64,000 nucleotides of DNA from Desulfurococcales archaeon (lineage in GTDB: Archaea; Thermoproteota; Thermoprotei_A; Sulfolobales; Desulfurococcaceae), in assembly GCA_027022365.1 (NCBI GenBank), contig JALVYU010000026.1, positions 160,001 through 224,000 on the forward strand. The letters run 5' to 3'. The notes beneath the pieces were generated by a model. The model did not search any database. It had not been told where the DNA came from and saw only the letters and a program-made list of their open reading frames with translations. Below, one piece after another: positions 48,261-59,213 of the stretch. Each line of letters starts with the position of its first letter. The first letter of the stretch is position 1. A program made the position numbers and the translations under genes.

Positions 48261-49065
48261 GGAACTTCGGAAAATCAAGTATTTCTTTGCCGCCGATAAG
48301 CATCGATCTAAGGCGGCTAATACCATCCGTTCTCCCATCGATCTCAATACCCTCAACATCAATAACGGGCAAGCCGAACCTCTTAGCAATAGCGTAGCCA
48401 CACGCGATATCGAGGTTTCTAAGCTTACCAGTATTATTGATAAATAGCGAGAACCTGCCTATGGCAGCATATGTTGATTCGAGAGCTGCCGAGCCGAGCA
48501 CCCTTATTCTTGAACCAAGCCTGTATCTGCCATGTAAATACCTCTCAACAACCATGAATAGCGATGGATCATTAGTATAAACAGTGGCTATACCCGATTC
48601 TAGCTCGCGGCGCTCATGCATAACCGCCCCATTAACATACACGTTCTCTTCATCGAAACTGTATATTTCACGTACAAACACATTAGCGACAGCACCGCTT
48701 AGTGCCTGGCTTAAGTAGGGTTTATCAATGCTATAGAAAACCACGGAAACCGCGGCAACCGGTATTCCGAGGACATAGTTGAGAGAACCGTCCAGTGGAT
48801 CTGTCAGCAAGACCAGATTGGGCCTATCACTTATTCTCACAATTCCTTTCTCTTCGGACACGATCAGAACATCTAGGCCTTCAGCCTCAACAAGATCAAT
48901 TAGGAAATCTTCAGCAAGTCTATCAGCTCTTCTCGTCGTATCGCCAGAGGCGCCTCTGCCTAATACCTCGTCCAATCCCTTCGTTCCATGAATATCGCGC
49001 AGATATCCAGCAACTTCACCAACTATTCTCCGGGCTATTCTCTCTAGTTCTTTCGCATCCAACAT
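48250..49065 (-). CDS. Inositol monophosphatase/FBPase family
   Basis: SEE.G, DPLDGSLN, RVLGSAALE, RNLDIA. Confidence 0.9.
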   Translation of the reverse strand: MLDAKELERIARRIVGEVAGYLRDIHGTKGLDEVLGRGASGDTTRRADRLAEDFLIDLVEAEGLDVLIVSEEKGIVRISDRPNLVLLTDPLDGSLNYVLGIPVAAVSVVFYSIDKPYLSQALSGAVANVFVREIYSFDEENVYVNGAVMHERRELESGIATVYTNDPSLFMVVERYLHGRYRLGSRIRVLGSAALESTYAAIGRFSLFINNTGKLRNLDIACGYAIAKRFGLPVIDVEGIEIDGRTDGISRLRSMLIGGKEILDFPKFLKE

Positions 49066-49158
49066 AATTACCTCTTATGGGCTTGATAGTATCCTAATAT
49101 AGGTTTTAAACAGTACATAGTTATATCTCTTGAACAAGTAATATAATGAAGATAAAAA

Positions 49159-50418
49159 ATGGGTGATACAATGAAGCTTATAGAAGCAACATTCAAGCCT
49201 GCCAAGGACAAAGTCATCGAAGGCGTAGAAGATACTGTGCCATTTATTCTATCGATCAAGGGAGTACATAGCGCATCACCACCAGTAGCCTTTCTCATAA
49301 TGATAGATGTCAGTTACTCGATGGACGGTGAAAAGATATTCAGGGCAAAACAGGCCGCGCTGAAAATTCTTGAGCTTATTCGTGACAAAGACTATGTCGG
49401 GGTATATGGGTTCTGCGGTAAAGTCAAAGAAGTACTAAAGCCAATACCCTTCACCGATAAGAAGCTCGTCGAGAAGGCCATTGTTTCGCTTAAACTAGAT
49501 AGTGGTACGAATATTTATGAAGCATTGAAAGTCTTAGCGGAGCAGGCTAGGAAGCTTGTAGAGTCAAAAACAGTATCTGCTGTTAGAGCAATATTCATCA
49601 CGGACGGAGAACCCACATCTGGGCCGAAGAAGCCCAAGAAAATACTCGAGATGGCAAGAAAGCTCCGTGAGGCTGGCGGGACAGCTCTAGTGATCGGTGT
49701 AGGCGATAAATATAATGAGAAACTGCTCCTAGATATTGCGCGTGCCGTTAACGGTGTATTCGAACATGCACAGGATCCGGAAGCACTTGAAAAAACCATG
49801 TACGAATACACGTCGATCGTAAGAGAGCTGTGTGCGAGAGAAATAGTCGCAACGTTTGTCTCATCACCGTACACTCGTGTGAATATCTATAATAGAGAAT
49901 CTATAACCATCGACAACGAGACCAGAGTAAACATTGGAGACATACATTATGGAGAGGTGATTGATGTAGTTGGCGAATTGCTCGTGGAGCCTATGGTTTC
50001 AGGCACACACGAGGCATTAACCATAACAATATCGTACATCAACCCAGAAACTGGTGAACAAGAATTCCTAAAACCAATCAAGTTCTCACTAAACATCATA
50101 GAGAGAAGCCGTGCTGGCGAAATAATGGTGGATAATACCGTAGAAGCAGAAGTAAGAGCCGTCAAGGCCGCACTGGCCCTGAGCGAGAATGTGGGTAAGA
50201 AGCCTAAGAAAGAGGAGATCGAGAAGCAGTTCGAAGAACTCGTAGAGGCTACACGTGTACTGGGCTCAAAGAACCTCGTGACAAGAACCATGAGTATAAA
50301 GGAGATGTTGAGCGAAGAAGGATTCACACCCGACGTAACCAAGGAGATGGCGAGTATAATATCAAAGATTTTATCTGGAAGAATCGAAAAAGAGAAAGAA
50401 GAAGGTGAAAAAGAATGA
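49159..50418 (+). CDS. vWA-domain protein (ArnB-like)
   Basis: MIDAS DVSYSM, GTNIY, ITDGEP, IGVG..YNEKLL. Confidence 0.9.
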   Translation: MGDTMKLIEATFKPAKDKVIEGVEDTVPFILSIKGVHSASPPVAFLIMIDVSYSMDGEKIFRAKQAALKILELIRDKDYVGVYGFCGKVKEVLKPIPFTDKKLVEKAIVSLKLDSGTNIYEALKVLAEQARKLVESKTVSAVRAIFITDGEPTSGPKKPKKILEMARKLREAGGTALVIGVGDKYNEKLLLDIARAVNGVFEHAQDPEALEKTMYEYTSIVRELCAREIVATFVSSPYTRVNIYNRESITIDNETRVNIGDIHYGEVIDVVGELLVEPMVSGTHEALTITISYINPETGEQEFLKPIKFSLNIIERSRAGEIMVDNTVEAEVRAVKAALALSENVGKKPKKEEIEKQFEELVEATRVLGSKNLVTRTMSIKEMLSEEGFTPDVTKEMASIISKILSGRIEKEKEEGEKE

Positions 50419-50765
50419 GCGAGGCAAAGGGAGAGAAGCCCAAATTACTAAAACTAACTGTCGTCAAGAGTAATTTCTTCATGCCGCAGAATCAATGGGT
50501 CTTAGAACCGGGAGAATACATTCTCGGAAGATATCCTACTAACGACATAGTAATTCCTGATCCGTATGTGTCTCGTCGCCACGCAAGAATATTCTTTAAA
50601 GAAGGAGAATGGTACATAGAAGACCTAGGTAGTACTAATGGTACACTTGTAAATAACGAAGATATTAAGGGAAAAGAACCTGTCAAGCTAGAGGATGGTT
50701 CAGAAATAGTTGTTGGTTTAACAATACTCGCAGTATCATTTGTTGAGAAAACAGAGGAAGAATAA
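50415..50765 (+). CDS. FHA-domain protein (ArnA-like)
   Basis: LGR, VSRRHA, DLGSTNGT. Confidence 0.93.
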   Translation: MSEAKGEKPKLLKLTVVKSNFFMPQNQWVLEPGEYILGRYPTNDIVIPDPYVSRRHARIFFKEGEWYIEDLGSTNGTLVNNEDIKGKEPVKLEDGSEIVVGLTILAVSFVEKTEEE

Positions 50766-50856
50766 ACAACTTAAACAACGATGTAGTTAAATAACATATT
50801 CAATGACAAGGTTGTATTTGGTTTTCATTATTTGTCAGTATACTGGTGGATGAGAA

Positions 50857-52452
50857 TTGGTTGATTTAAGGCCGTATTCAAGAATAGATGATTCAAGCAA
50901 TGTATTTGTAGATCCAGTAGTATTATCAACTATTTTACTTAAACAAAAAATGATTGTCGCTAATAAGAAGGCTAATTTAGCCCAATTCATAGACGAGTTA
51001 AAAACAAGAGCGATAAATGCTGCTAAAAATGAGCAAGTACTATACGTAACCGTGCGAGCCGCAGATTCATCCTGGAGAATAAGGCTTTTACTCTACTCTA
51101 CAAATATCGTTGGAATGATTTACGAGACTAGGGAAGGCACACAGATAGTAGGCGGTTTAGCTTATAGTAATTTCATAAAAGAGGTCTATCCTAGCAACCC
51201 AATGGTAAAATACAGTATGGGTGTGCTTCCAATAGATGAACTCCCTGATCAGCTGAAAGAGCATGTAATAAACTGTAGGCAGGAAAAATCAAGGGAAAAA
51301 CCCCCATATATTTGGCTCAATAAAATGATATATGATATATATATTGACAAGATATTGACTGAGAAAGGAGCCTACATGTATGTTCTCCTAGGCCGCGATA
51401 GATTCGGATATAGGTACGCGGTTAAAATACCGAGAGAAAAAACCATTGAGGGGAAACCACTAGCTGTTAGTAGTAGGTCGATGGGATTAAACGAGGTGCT
51501 CAAAGGAGTCTTCAATTCCCTAGAAGTAGCCCACTCTAATAGGCAGGGTATACGCGAATCATTAATGCTCAGAGGATACGATGAAGCGCTCGCCGATAAA
51601 CTGCTTGTCTATAGGAAATACATACTATATCCGAAAGCGATTATAGTGTTAAGAGATATTTATACAGAAGATGAATATATGTCGAGCCCGCCAATAGTGA
51701 TCGAGGATTATGCTGATCTAGGAGACCTGGATGGCAGGATCAAAAAATACAAGATCGATCCGAGAGAAGTAGCCTTTATAGCGATACGTACATCTGGCGC
51801 TCTAGGATTGATACACGCGAATCATTATGTACACATGGATATTAAGCCTCAGAACATACTGTTAAGGGAAGACGATGGAGAACCTTATGGGTACGCCCCA
51901 CTAATAAGTGATTTCGTTGGAACACCGCATTTGTTCAACGAAACCATAGAGTTAAAGAAGTCGACGCCAGAATATGCTGATCCTCTAGCCCTGATAAGAG
52001 GAAAGGCTGGATACAATTACGATGTATACAGCTTAGGGCTGACATTATTCTATGCCGCTACACGCCAGAAGCTTAAGACAAGGATCCTTGTAAACCTATT
52101 GATACTTAAAAACCTCTACGGCACGCCTGTCCCTCTAAGAGTATTTTTGATCGAAAACCCAGATCTAGTTCAAATACATAGAAGGCTCGAAGTAATTCTG
52201 CGCAACTATACTAGCTCAACCAGAAAATCACCACCAGAAGAACTAATGTCAAACATATTATCCATAATAGGAGATCATGATGCAAATGCTGTCAAAACTA
52301 TACGTAAGAAATTACCTGATAGACTAGTCAAAGTGATTCTTAAAGCGATAACATTAGATGAGCAAAAAAGATATCAAGATGCTATCGCTATGTGGAACGA
52401 TCTAATGTCTGCTCTTGTTGAGCTAGGATATACAAACCTTATACCGAAATAG
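50857..52452 (+). CDS. Hanks-type Ser/Thr protein kinase with N-terminal extension
   Basis: YAVKIP, HMDIKPQNIL, SDFVG, TPEYADP, DVYSLG. Confidence 0.88.
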   Translation: MVDLRPYSRIDDSSNVFVDPVVLSTILLKQKMIVANKKANLAQFIDELKTRAINAAKNEQVLYVTVRAADSSWRIRLLLYSTNIVGMIYETREGTQIVGGLAYSNFIKEVYPSNPMVKYSMGVLPIDELPDQLKEHVINCRQEKSREKPPYIWLNKMIYDIYIDKILTEKGAYMYVLLGRDRFGYRYAVKIPREKTIEGKPLAVSSRSMGLNEVLKGVFNSLEVAHSNRQGIRESLMLRGYDEALADKLLVYRKYILYPKAIIVLRDIYTEDEYMSSPPIVIEDYADLGDLDGRIKKYKIDPREVAFIAIRTSGALGLIHANHYVHMDIKPQNILLREDDGEPYGYAPLISDFVGTPHLFNETIELKKSTPEYADPLALIRGKAGYNYDVYSLGLTLFYAATRQKLKTRILVNLLILKNLYGTPVPLRVFLIENPDLVQIHRRLEVILRNYTSSTRKSPPEELMSNILSIIGDHDANAVKTIRKKLPDRLVKVILKAITLDEQKRYQDAIAMWNDLMSALVELGYTNLIPK

Positions 52453-52800
52453 CTGTTGTAGTTACCCAGATGTTTTACATCAAGTTCTTTTACTCATCTA
52501 TTTTTCATTAGAACCAATATGTTTTCGTCTTTACGATAATGTTGTCTTGGACAATGATTCACAATAACGTGTATTCTGTTTATATTTTAGTATTGATCAT
52601 TATATGCTTGGAACATTATCTTTGCTAATACGTATACATGGTACTGTTTATAGAATACATACTATTTAACGTCAATACAGTGATGTAAAATAATTGTAGG
52701 TAGAATATAACAGGTTTTATTAAACCAATATAAATCTGTAAAAAAGAAATAATTAATTGTATTTATTAGTATATATTATATGGACACAGGGTGACCAATA

Positions 52801-53832
52801 GTGGTAGAGAAAAGAAAGATACAGAAAACGGGTTCTTCCTCATATATCGTTACATTACCAAAAGAATGGATAGATATGATGGGACTAAAATCAGGTGATT
52901 ACGTACTAATATATGAGCATGAGGGTAAACTAATAATTACTTCTCCTAAAGCGGAGGCTAGACAACTGAGCGGAGAGATCCATATCAAAGAGGATATCGA
53001 TAACCAGGAAATATTCCGTGTACTCGTCGCGATGTACCTCGCTGGCTATGACAACATAGCTGTAACGTTCTCATCTAACATTCCTAATCTGGCGCGACGG
53101 ATAAGCGAGCTCAAGAATATGGCAAGGATCAAGCTTGCCGGTATAGAGGTTGTCGACGAAACCTATAATTCAATATCATTTAAGATACTCCTTGACCTAA
53201 AGGAGCTACCGCTCATTAGAGCGATAAGGAGGCTACACTTGATAGTTAACGGCATGCTCAACGATGCTCTAAATGCGTTCATAAAGAAAGACAAGGAACT
53301 GGCTGCTGCGGTAATACAACGTGATGATGAAGCAGATAGGTTTCACTTCATGATCGTTAGACAGTTAGCCCTAGCACTACTTGATATCAAGATAATGTAT
53401 GAGCTCGGAATCTCGAACCCCGTTGAGGCAATCAACTATAGAATAGTCGTTAGAAACCTCGAGAGAATAGCTGATCATGCCGTAAATATAGCTAAGAGGA
53501 TCAAGCACATGCCCGAGGATTGCGTCTTATGCCAGGAAACCTATGAGCTCGGTCAGAGAATAATCAGTACTTTCAACAACGCAATGGATAACCTATACAA
53601 ATTAGGGAGAAAGAAGGCGGAAGAGGTGATCAGAGATGCGCAGAAAATAGTCGGTGAGATAGAGGATGTATTACTGAACAAGATCCTCTTAGGAAACATA
53701 AGTGATCAAGAGAAAATAGTCTTAACACTAATCTACGATAGTCTACGGAGAATCACAAGATATAGTAGCGGAATAGCCGAAGCTACTCTAAACATCAAAG
53801 TTAACAAGAACAACATCATAGATATTAAATAA
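52801..53832 (+). CDS. phoU: AbrB-PhoU phosphate uptake regulator
   Basis: RKIQKTGSSSYIVTLPKEW; RDDEADR, LERIADHA. Confidence 0.9.
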   Translation: MVEKRKIQKTGSSSYIVTLPKEWIDMMGLKSGDYVLIYEHEGKLIITSPKAEARQLSGEIHIKEDIDNQEIFRVLVAMYLAGYDNIAVTFSSNIPNLARRISELKNMARIKLAGIEVVDETYNSISFKILLDLKELPLIRAIRRLHLIVNGMLNDALNAFIKKDKELAAAVIQRDDEADRFHFMIVRQLALALLDIKIMYELGISNPVEAINYRIVVRNLERIADHAVNIAKRIKHMPEDCVLCQETYELGQRIISTFNNAMDNLYKLGRKKAEEVIRDAQKIVGEIEDVLLNKILLGNISDQEKIVLTLIYDSLRRITRYSSGIAEATLNIKVNKNNIIDIK

Positions 53833-53865
53833 GTTAAATTAGGAGCAATACAATAAACTCTATAC

Positions 53866-53931
53866 GAGTGCCCCGGAGCCTACGCAACGCCCCCGAGTAC
53901 CGGGGGAGTATGAGCGTAGGACGGGTCACTC
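53866..53931. ncRNA. GC-rich long hairpin, unclassified ncRNA candidate
   Basis: Nested helices GAGTG/CACTC, CCCG/CGGG, CCTACGC/GCGTAGG, CCCCCG/CGGGGG in an AT-rich intergenic region. Confidence 0.55.
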
Positions 53932-54074
53932 CCGGCCATAACAACATGTCGCATTGTCTGAATTCTAGTAGATTCTTATTATGATATAAAAGCAGCAGGC
54001 ATGATAAGTTATTAAGAATTAAAAAATAATGAATAAGTGGTAGCTATGCGTTCGCCTTTTCCAGAAAAGAATGA

Positions 54075-54353
54075 TCATTCTTTTCTTGCAGGTATATAGG
54101 TTCTCTTCTCCGGGGGTTCAAGTTCATCCATGTTTCTAAGAGCTTCAAGGTAAGAATCATAGTCGTCGGTAGGCAGTAGTTTCCTAACCCTAATATATGA
54201 TTCTATTAGTTCGTCAGGGATATTATCCAGCCTACCAAACAGATGAGTGTATCCCTGGTTCCTAAGCCATTCCATAAAGTCTTCTTCGAGGCCCGCATCG
54301 ACTATTAATTTGACAAGCTCGTATTTTTCAGAAGGGCTCAACTTGGGCGTCAT
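54075..54353 (-). CDS. Hypothetical protein
   Basis: 92-aa acidic ORF. Confidence 0.65.
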   Translation of the reverse strand: MTPKLSPSEKYELVKLIVDAGLEEDFMEWLRNQGYTHLFGRLDNIPDELIESYIRVRKLLPTDDYDSYLEALRNMDELEPPEKRTYIPARKE

Positions 54354-54431
54354 AGAAGAATCCCTGCGAGGAATCCTGTGCCGAAAATAGTTTTGTCGCC
54401 GGCCCTAATTAAGGCTTAGGTTTACGGATCC

Positions 54432-55646
54432 TTATTCTTCCTCTTCTTCTATGCCCTCGTATTCAATGTTCAGAGACTCAAGTTTTTCTATAAGATTGGC
54501 CTCGGTTCCTGAATAGTATTTTATTAGGAGTGTATCACCGGGTTTAACTATGGTATTAGGTTTAGGCATGGGTATTATCTTGTTGTTTCTATAAAGAGCT
54601 ATCACGAGAACGCCTAGGTCGTCCAATGCAAGAGATTCTAGTGTTCTTTCCTTGAATCCTTCAGGGATCTTCAGTCTTGCTACTTGTTCTACGCTTTCTT
54701 CCTCTACCCTCCTAACAATAGGATGGATCGGTAGGTTTGACGCCAATGGCACTATTAGTTCTGTCGCTGCATCAGCTATGTTTTCCATAGATGTTACGAA
54801 GCTCATGAGGCCGGCCTTTTCTTCAGGCTCGCCATTGTACTCGGATAATATGTATAGGATCATTTTGTACGCCAGGTCGTCAACGACCTCTTCAAGATTT
54901 AGTACTTCGTTGGCGGCGATTTTATCGTTATTTACTATTGCGTGGAACGCTAGATCAATCATGACGTCAGAGATATTCTTGAGATAAGCTATTTTCTTAG
55001 CTAGTTTTTCCTCTACAACATTAGTGCTTGGTTTCCTAAGAGCGATTTCATCGCCCAACATCTTTGCAACTAGGCTTAGAGAATCGAAGGTTCCCCGCAC
55101 GATCAATATGTCGCCGACCTTGATCTCCGTGTCCTCGTCAGGGTTTATGATCCAGTGATCCTCTCTCCTGATAGCGATTATGTTGAAGCCTGTCATCATC
55201 TCATACAGTCTGTCTATGCTAAAGCCTTCGTAGGCTTTGTTCTTAACGATTATTCTCGCAATAACTTCCTCGGACTCGAGAAGCGCTGCGCGTACTTGTT
55301 CACTAATTCCTGTACCTCTCAATACGAGCATGGCTATATCAGCTGCCGAATCACTTAATTTATCGAGGGCATTTGCCATCCTATACACGCTTACCATCTC
55401 CTCGGCGTCACGCACTGTTTTGACGGCAAGGCTTGCCTGCATTACCAGGAGGCTCCAAGCGGCATCTAGTTTGTCTTCTACACGCTGTACTTCATAGGCA
55501 AGGCTAGAGTCATTCACTACTACTGAGTAGTAGGCTAGATCGACCATTAGTCTCGAGTACTCGCTCATATCGGTTAATAGTTCATATACAGGTATGGGTT
55601 CGTACTTGACTTGCCTTGGCGCCTTTATAGGCAATATCTTCTTCAC
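54432..55646 (-). CDS. Tandem PhoU/TrkA-C domain protein
   Basis: Two repeats of MVDLAY/MIDLAF helices, each followed by an RCK-C domain (IIAIRR..GDILIVRG). Confidence 0.85.
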   Translation of the reverse strand: MKKILPIKAPRQVKYEPIPVYELLTDMSEYSRLMVDLAYYSVVVNDSSLAYEVQRVEDKLDAAWSLLVMQASLAVKTVRDAEEMVSVYRMANALDKLSDSAADIAMLVLRGTGISEQVRAALLESEEVIARIIVKNKAYEGFSIDRLYEMMTGFNIIAIRREDHWIINPDEDTEIKVGDILIVRGTFDSLSLVAKMLGDEIALRKPSTNVVEEKLAKKIAYLKNISDVMIDLAFHAIVNNDKIAANEVLNLEEVVDDLAYKMILYILSEYNGEPEEKAGLMSFVTSMENIADAATELIVPLASNLPIHPIVRRVEEESVEQVARLKIPEGFKERTLESLALDDLGVLVIALYRNNKIIPMPKPNTIVKPGDTLLIKYYSGTEANLIEKLESLNIEYEGIEEEEE

Positions 55647-55695
55647 CTAATAGTGGAGGGGATTAATGTTCAGAATACATGAATTATTGACTGGA

Positions 55696-56832
55696 TTAAT
55701 AAATCCTATATCTTAGTATGCCTACTATGCCCCCGAAGGTCTTCTTAAGCCATGCTCCCTCCGGTATATCGTCGCTCAAATAAACTGGTTTGGCACCAAA
55801 TTTCTTCGCGAGCTCAGCCCACTCCAGAGCATCCGCTCTGCTCTCATCGATTATCAGTGTCTTGACAGCTCCCATTTGAAGTGCTTGCCTAACTTCATCC
55901 TCACCATAAATAATAAGGCCGTCGTCCTTCGCCATGTGGAGCTTGAACTCCTCGACAGCCTTTAGTGCATCAACATATTCTTGTTCTTTCAAAATATCCG
56001 CAGCCTTCATGATCATCTCTCTAAGCCCTACCTCACCCTGATAACCAACATCGATTAGTCTCGGTAGCACGATCTGCTTGAGCCTATAATCTAGATAATT
56101 TCCTTCTAGGAAATCGTATTTACTATAGGCTGGGCCACCGATAAGTATCGCTTTTAGTTTTCCTTGCTCGAGAAGTGGTAGGAAATGCTTCTTGGCATGC
56201 TCAGCAACTCTTTTGTAAAACTCGTCTACAAGTTGCTCTATTATACGGTCAAAACGTCGCTGACTCTGACCGCCCCTGTGGTGTTTGCCTGGGATATAGG
56301 CTTCTAGTTCTTCGAGGACTTCGAGTCTACTGCCTTTAAGCAGTCCAAGTGTTGCTGCGTCTCTCTCGACAAGTATTAGTCCGACAAGATTTGACTCTAG
56401 CACCATTTCTTCTAGGAATTCTGTGTGGAACTCCTTGTCGGTTCTATAGTAGTATACGGGCACTTTCTCAGGCGGTATGAGCATTATACATATGAAGTCA
56501 CCGGTATTCATGTCCTCTCCACAAAACAGTGCCAATCCCTTATCAGGTATCTTTGGAACCTTGCTGAGTCTCTCGATGGCTGCCGATAGTGCTCTCTGGA
56601 CGGCGTTTCGTGTTTTCTTCAATTTGATGTTATCAGTAATAGAAAGCTCTTGTCGCAGCATGTTCAGTACGTCGCTTACAGGTCTTCCCGGAGGAATATA
56701 CAGGCTCAACAATACAGTCGCGGGTGCACGCCATTTCTTGAGCTCATTAATTATGTTTTTCAGCTGCCTCCGATCAACACGGAGCGACTGGAGCTTCTCC
56801 TCACTATAGCTAAAAACCCACCCCTCATACAC
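55696..56832 (-). CDS. prf1: Peptide chain release factor aRF1, start uncertain
   Basis: LLSLYIPP, NIKL, GKHHRGGQSQRRF, FGGIVGILRY. Confidence 0.95.
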   Translation of the reverse strand: MYEGWVFSYSEEKLQSLRVDRRQLKNIINELKKWRAPATVLLSLYIPPGRPVSDVLNMLRQELSITDNIKLKKTRNAVQRALSAAIERLSKVPKIPDKGLALFCGEDMNTGDFICIMLIPPEKVPVYYYRTDKEFHTEFLEEMVLESNLVGLILVERDAATLGLLKGSRLEVLEELEAYIPGKHHRGGQSQRRFDRIIEQLVDEFYKRVAEHAKKHFLPLLEQGKLKAILIGGPAYSKYDFLEGNYLDYRLKQIVLPRLIDVGYQGEVGLREMIMKAADILKEQEYVDALKAVEEFKLHMAKDDGLIIYGEDEVRQALQMGAVKTLIIDESRADALEWAELAKKFGAKPVYLSDDIPEGAWLKKTFGGIVGILRYRIY

Positions 56833-56904
56833 CTCTCTCACGCATAATTCATTAACTCGTGGATGTTGAAACTCTATTATATAGGTTTGGAACAGGTGAT
56901 AGCA

Positions 56905-57549
56905 TTGCGTGTAGTAAAAACACCGTTTTGGCGTCCGAGCGAGCAAGTTGTTGAGGAAGCATACAGGGCAATAAGAAGTGGATGGCTTGTTGTAGGTCCG
57001 ACGGATACCGTATACGGTATTTTCAGCGATGTATATAATGATGAATACGTGGAGAAGGTTTTCCTTGTTAAGCGTAGAGAAAAAACTAAGCCCTTACCTG
57101 TACTAGCATCTAGCATAGCGGCTGTTGAAGAGATCGTTGAGATGAATAACAAGTTAAGAGCATTTCTCACAGCGGTCTGGCCTGGCCCGATAACGATTGT
57201 TTTCAACGATATTGATTGTAATATATTCTCTAGTCTTGTGTGTAGGAATAATAGTGTAGCTCTACGTGTTCCTGCAGCGCCTTTTCCGCGAAAACTAGCA
57301 GAAATGAATGGAGGATTCATAACAGGGTCAAGTGCTAATATTTCCGGCGAGCCGTCCCCCTTGAACATTGAGGAAGCCATACATTATTTCAACGGGGACG
57401 TGCAGATATATGTGGATTCAGGCGAGACACCACTTAAAGCACCGTCAACAATTGTTAGTATAAATGACCGGGAATTATCCCTAATCAGACAAGGAGCCGT
57501 AGATTACGTTATCATATCGAGAATCTACCGTAGAATAATGAGTGGTTGA
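56905..57549 (+). CDS. L-threonylcarbamoyladenylate synthase (TsaC/Sua5 YrdC domain)
   Basis: PTDTVYG, VKRR..KPL, WPGP, SSANISG, PSTI. Confidence 0.9.
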   Translation: MRVVKTPFWRPSEQVVEEAYRAIRSGWLVVGPTDTVYGIFSDVYNDEYVEKVFLVKRREKTKPLPVLASSIAAVEEIVEMNNKLRAFLTAVWPGPITIVFNDIDCNIFSSLVCRNNSVALRVPAAPFPRKLAEMNGGFITGSSANISGEPSPLNIEEAIHYFNGDVQIYVDSGETPLKAPSTIVSINDRELSLIRQGAVDYVIISRIYRRIMSG

Positions 57550-58523
57550 GATTGAATATTCAGGAAATAAAGATCTCCAAGAAAACAATAGTACTTGTTA
57601 TTCTTGTTGTTACTACAGTTATGATAGCCTATAATGTTATTACAGAAGGGATGAAACCGCCAATCATAGATCCGCTTAATCTTCTCCTAGCCTTTATTGT
57701 ATTCTTCGGGGCTTGGCTGGTCTCAGCTATTAGATTAAGAACCATACACGCCAGCCTCGATCCCGAGAAGAAGCTTCCGCTGAAAGAATACTTATACGCA
57801 AGATTGCTAGGCGGGTTAATGGCATATATAACGCCGTCTGCAATAGGGGGAGAGCCCGCTCGTGCATATTATTTATCATACAAGTGTCATGAACGGTTCT
57901 CAAAATACTTCGCCCTAGTCATATACGAGGTTCTATACGATGTATTCGTTACATCAATAGGTGCTGTAGTATTTAGCCTATTCTACCTGCCATTAACGAT
58001 ACCTATAATCATCGTGGGAATAGCAAACACGAGTTTTTGGGGAACGATGTACCTCTTACTCGAAAACATGATTGATCCCGATAACGCGCCGCGCATCATA
58101 AGATTTGTGGTTAGAATAGTCAACGACCAGCTCAGTAAACGATTAGGCGATTCCTACACATCTTTTGCCTCATCTTTTAAGACGATTGTTTCAAGAATGA
58201 ATATTACCAGAAGATTCGTTGTTTGTGCCTTAACAATTGTTTTTCAAATACTATTTGGTATCACGATCTATTTATTGGGCTTCAATGTTTACAACGTAAA
58301 CGTTGTGAGAGCTATAGTTGCTTATTTTCTAGCAATAACAGCTAGCGCTCTCCCTACACCCGGCGGAGCTGGTACCATGGAATATGGTTTATCTATAACT
58401 CTTCCTCCAGGACTAGTTATTCTTTCACGCTCATTCATATATTATACGACCGTAATTATGGGGATTATTATCTTATACCATAGCGGTATAAGAGAAATTA
58501 TTGAAAGAAACAGCGGGTCTTAA
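57546..58523 (+). CDS. Lysylphosphatidylglycerol synthase TM/flippase-like membrane protein
   Basis: TPSAIGGEPAR, PTPGGAG..E. Confidence 0.85.
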   Translation: MRLNIQEIKISKKTIVLVILVVTTVMIAYNVITEGMKPPIIDPLNLLLAFIVFFGAWLVSAIRLRTIHASLDPEKKLPLKEYLYARLLGGLMAYITPSAIGGEPARAYYLSYKCHERFSKYFALVIYEVLYDVFVTSIGAVVFSLFYLPLTIPIIIVGIANTSFWGTMYLLLENMIDPDNAPRIIRFVVRIVNDQLSKRLGDSYTSFASSFKTIVSRMNITRRFVVCALTIVFQILFGITIYLLGFNVYNVNVVRAIVAYFLAITASALPTPGGAGTMEYGLSITLPPGLVILSRSFIYYTTVIMGIIILYHSGIREIIERNSGS

Positions 58524-58592
58524 CAAGTTTGCATAAAATATTTTTAATTAATCAATACAAATAGTGTTTGAAATAAAATGAGTTGATATAAA

Positions 58593-59213
58593 ATGTTAAG
58601 TCAGATTTATGCTAATAGTAGTATTGTTCTACTGAATTTGTCGGGATTTGATCTTGTTGTGACTCCGGAAGTGGAAAACTTTATTCCAGAGTTTTGGCAC
58701 ACGAAAAAGACTGATGAATGGCAATACATAATACTCCCAAGGAGATCGGTCAGCTTTCTCCAAGTATTCAAGATACTGTCAGACAATTGTTCAGGTAAAC
58801 TTTGTTATTCACGAATATTCTTCTACGAACTACGAGATAGACCCGTGGATTTAGTCTTAGAACCCATAGATACTAAGACATTCATTATATATGGTTCGAA
58901 TCCCCCATTTCCACGAATAGTTAGAAGAATACTTGCTAATCCTAAGTATAGCAATACAGTTATATTTATCGCTAAATTCAATGAGACAAAATATGATAAA
59001 TACAGGAAATCTACGGCAATAGCTCGCCGCATATTCATGGAATTATCGCCACTAACAATCAGTAGAGGACTAGGCAGGTTATTGGGTGTAAAACTTGAAA
59101 ACATAAGTGGTCGCATGAAAGTAACCCTATGCGTTAGCAGGGAAGGAATAAAATCTACCGAGACTATGGGAGGAGTATTAGTTGATATAAGAAGTATAAA
59201 CCAGTGTCTTTAA
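58593..59213 (+). CDS. Hypothetical protein
   Basis: 206-aa ORF. Confidence 0.65.
   Translation: MLSQIYANSSIVLLNLSGFDLVVTPEVENFIPEFWHTKKTDEWQYIILPRRSVSFLQVFKILSDNCSGKLCYSRIFFYELRDRPVDLVLEPIDTKTFIIYGSNPPFPRIVRRILANPKYSNTVIFIAKFNETKYDKYRKSTAIARRIFMELSPLTISRGLGRLLGVKLENISGRMKVTLCVSREGIKSTETMGGVLVDIRSINQCL

Noticed and set aside
53931-53940. CCCGGCCATA resembling the 5S rRNA 5' region
   Set aside because: No further 5S sequence follows.
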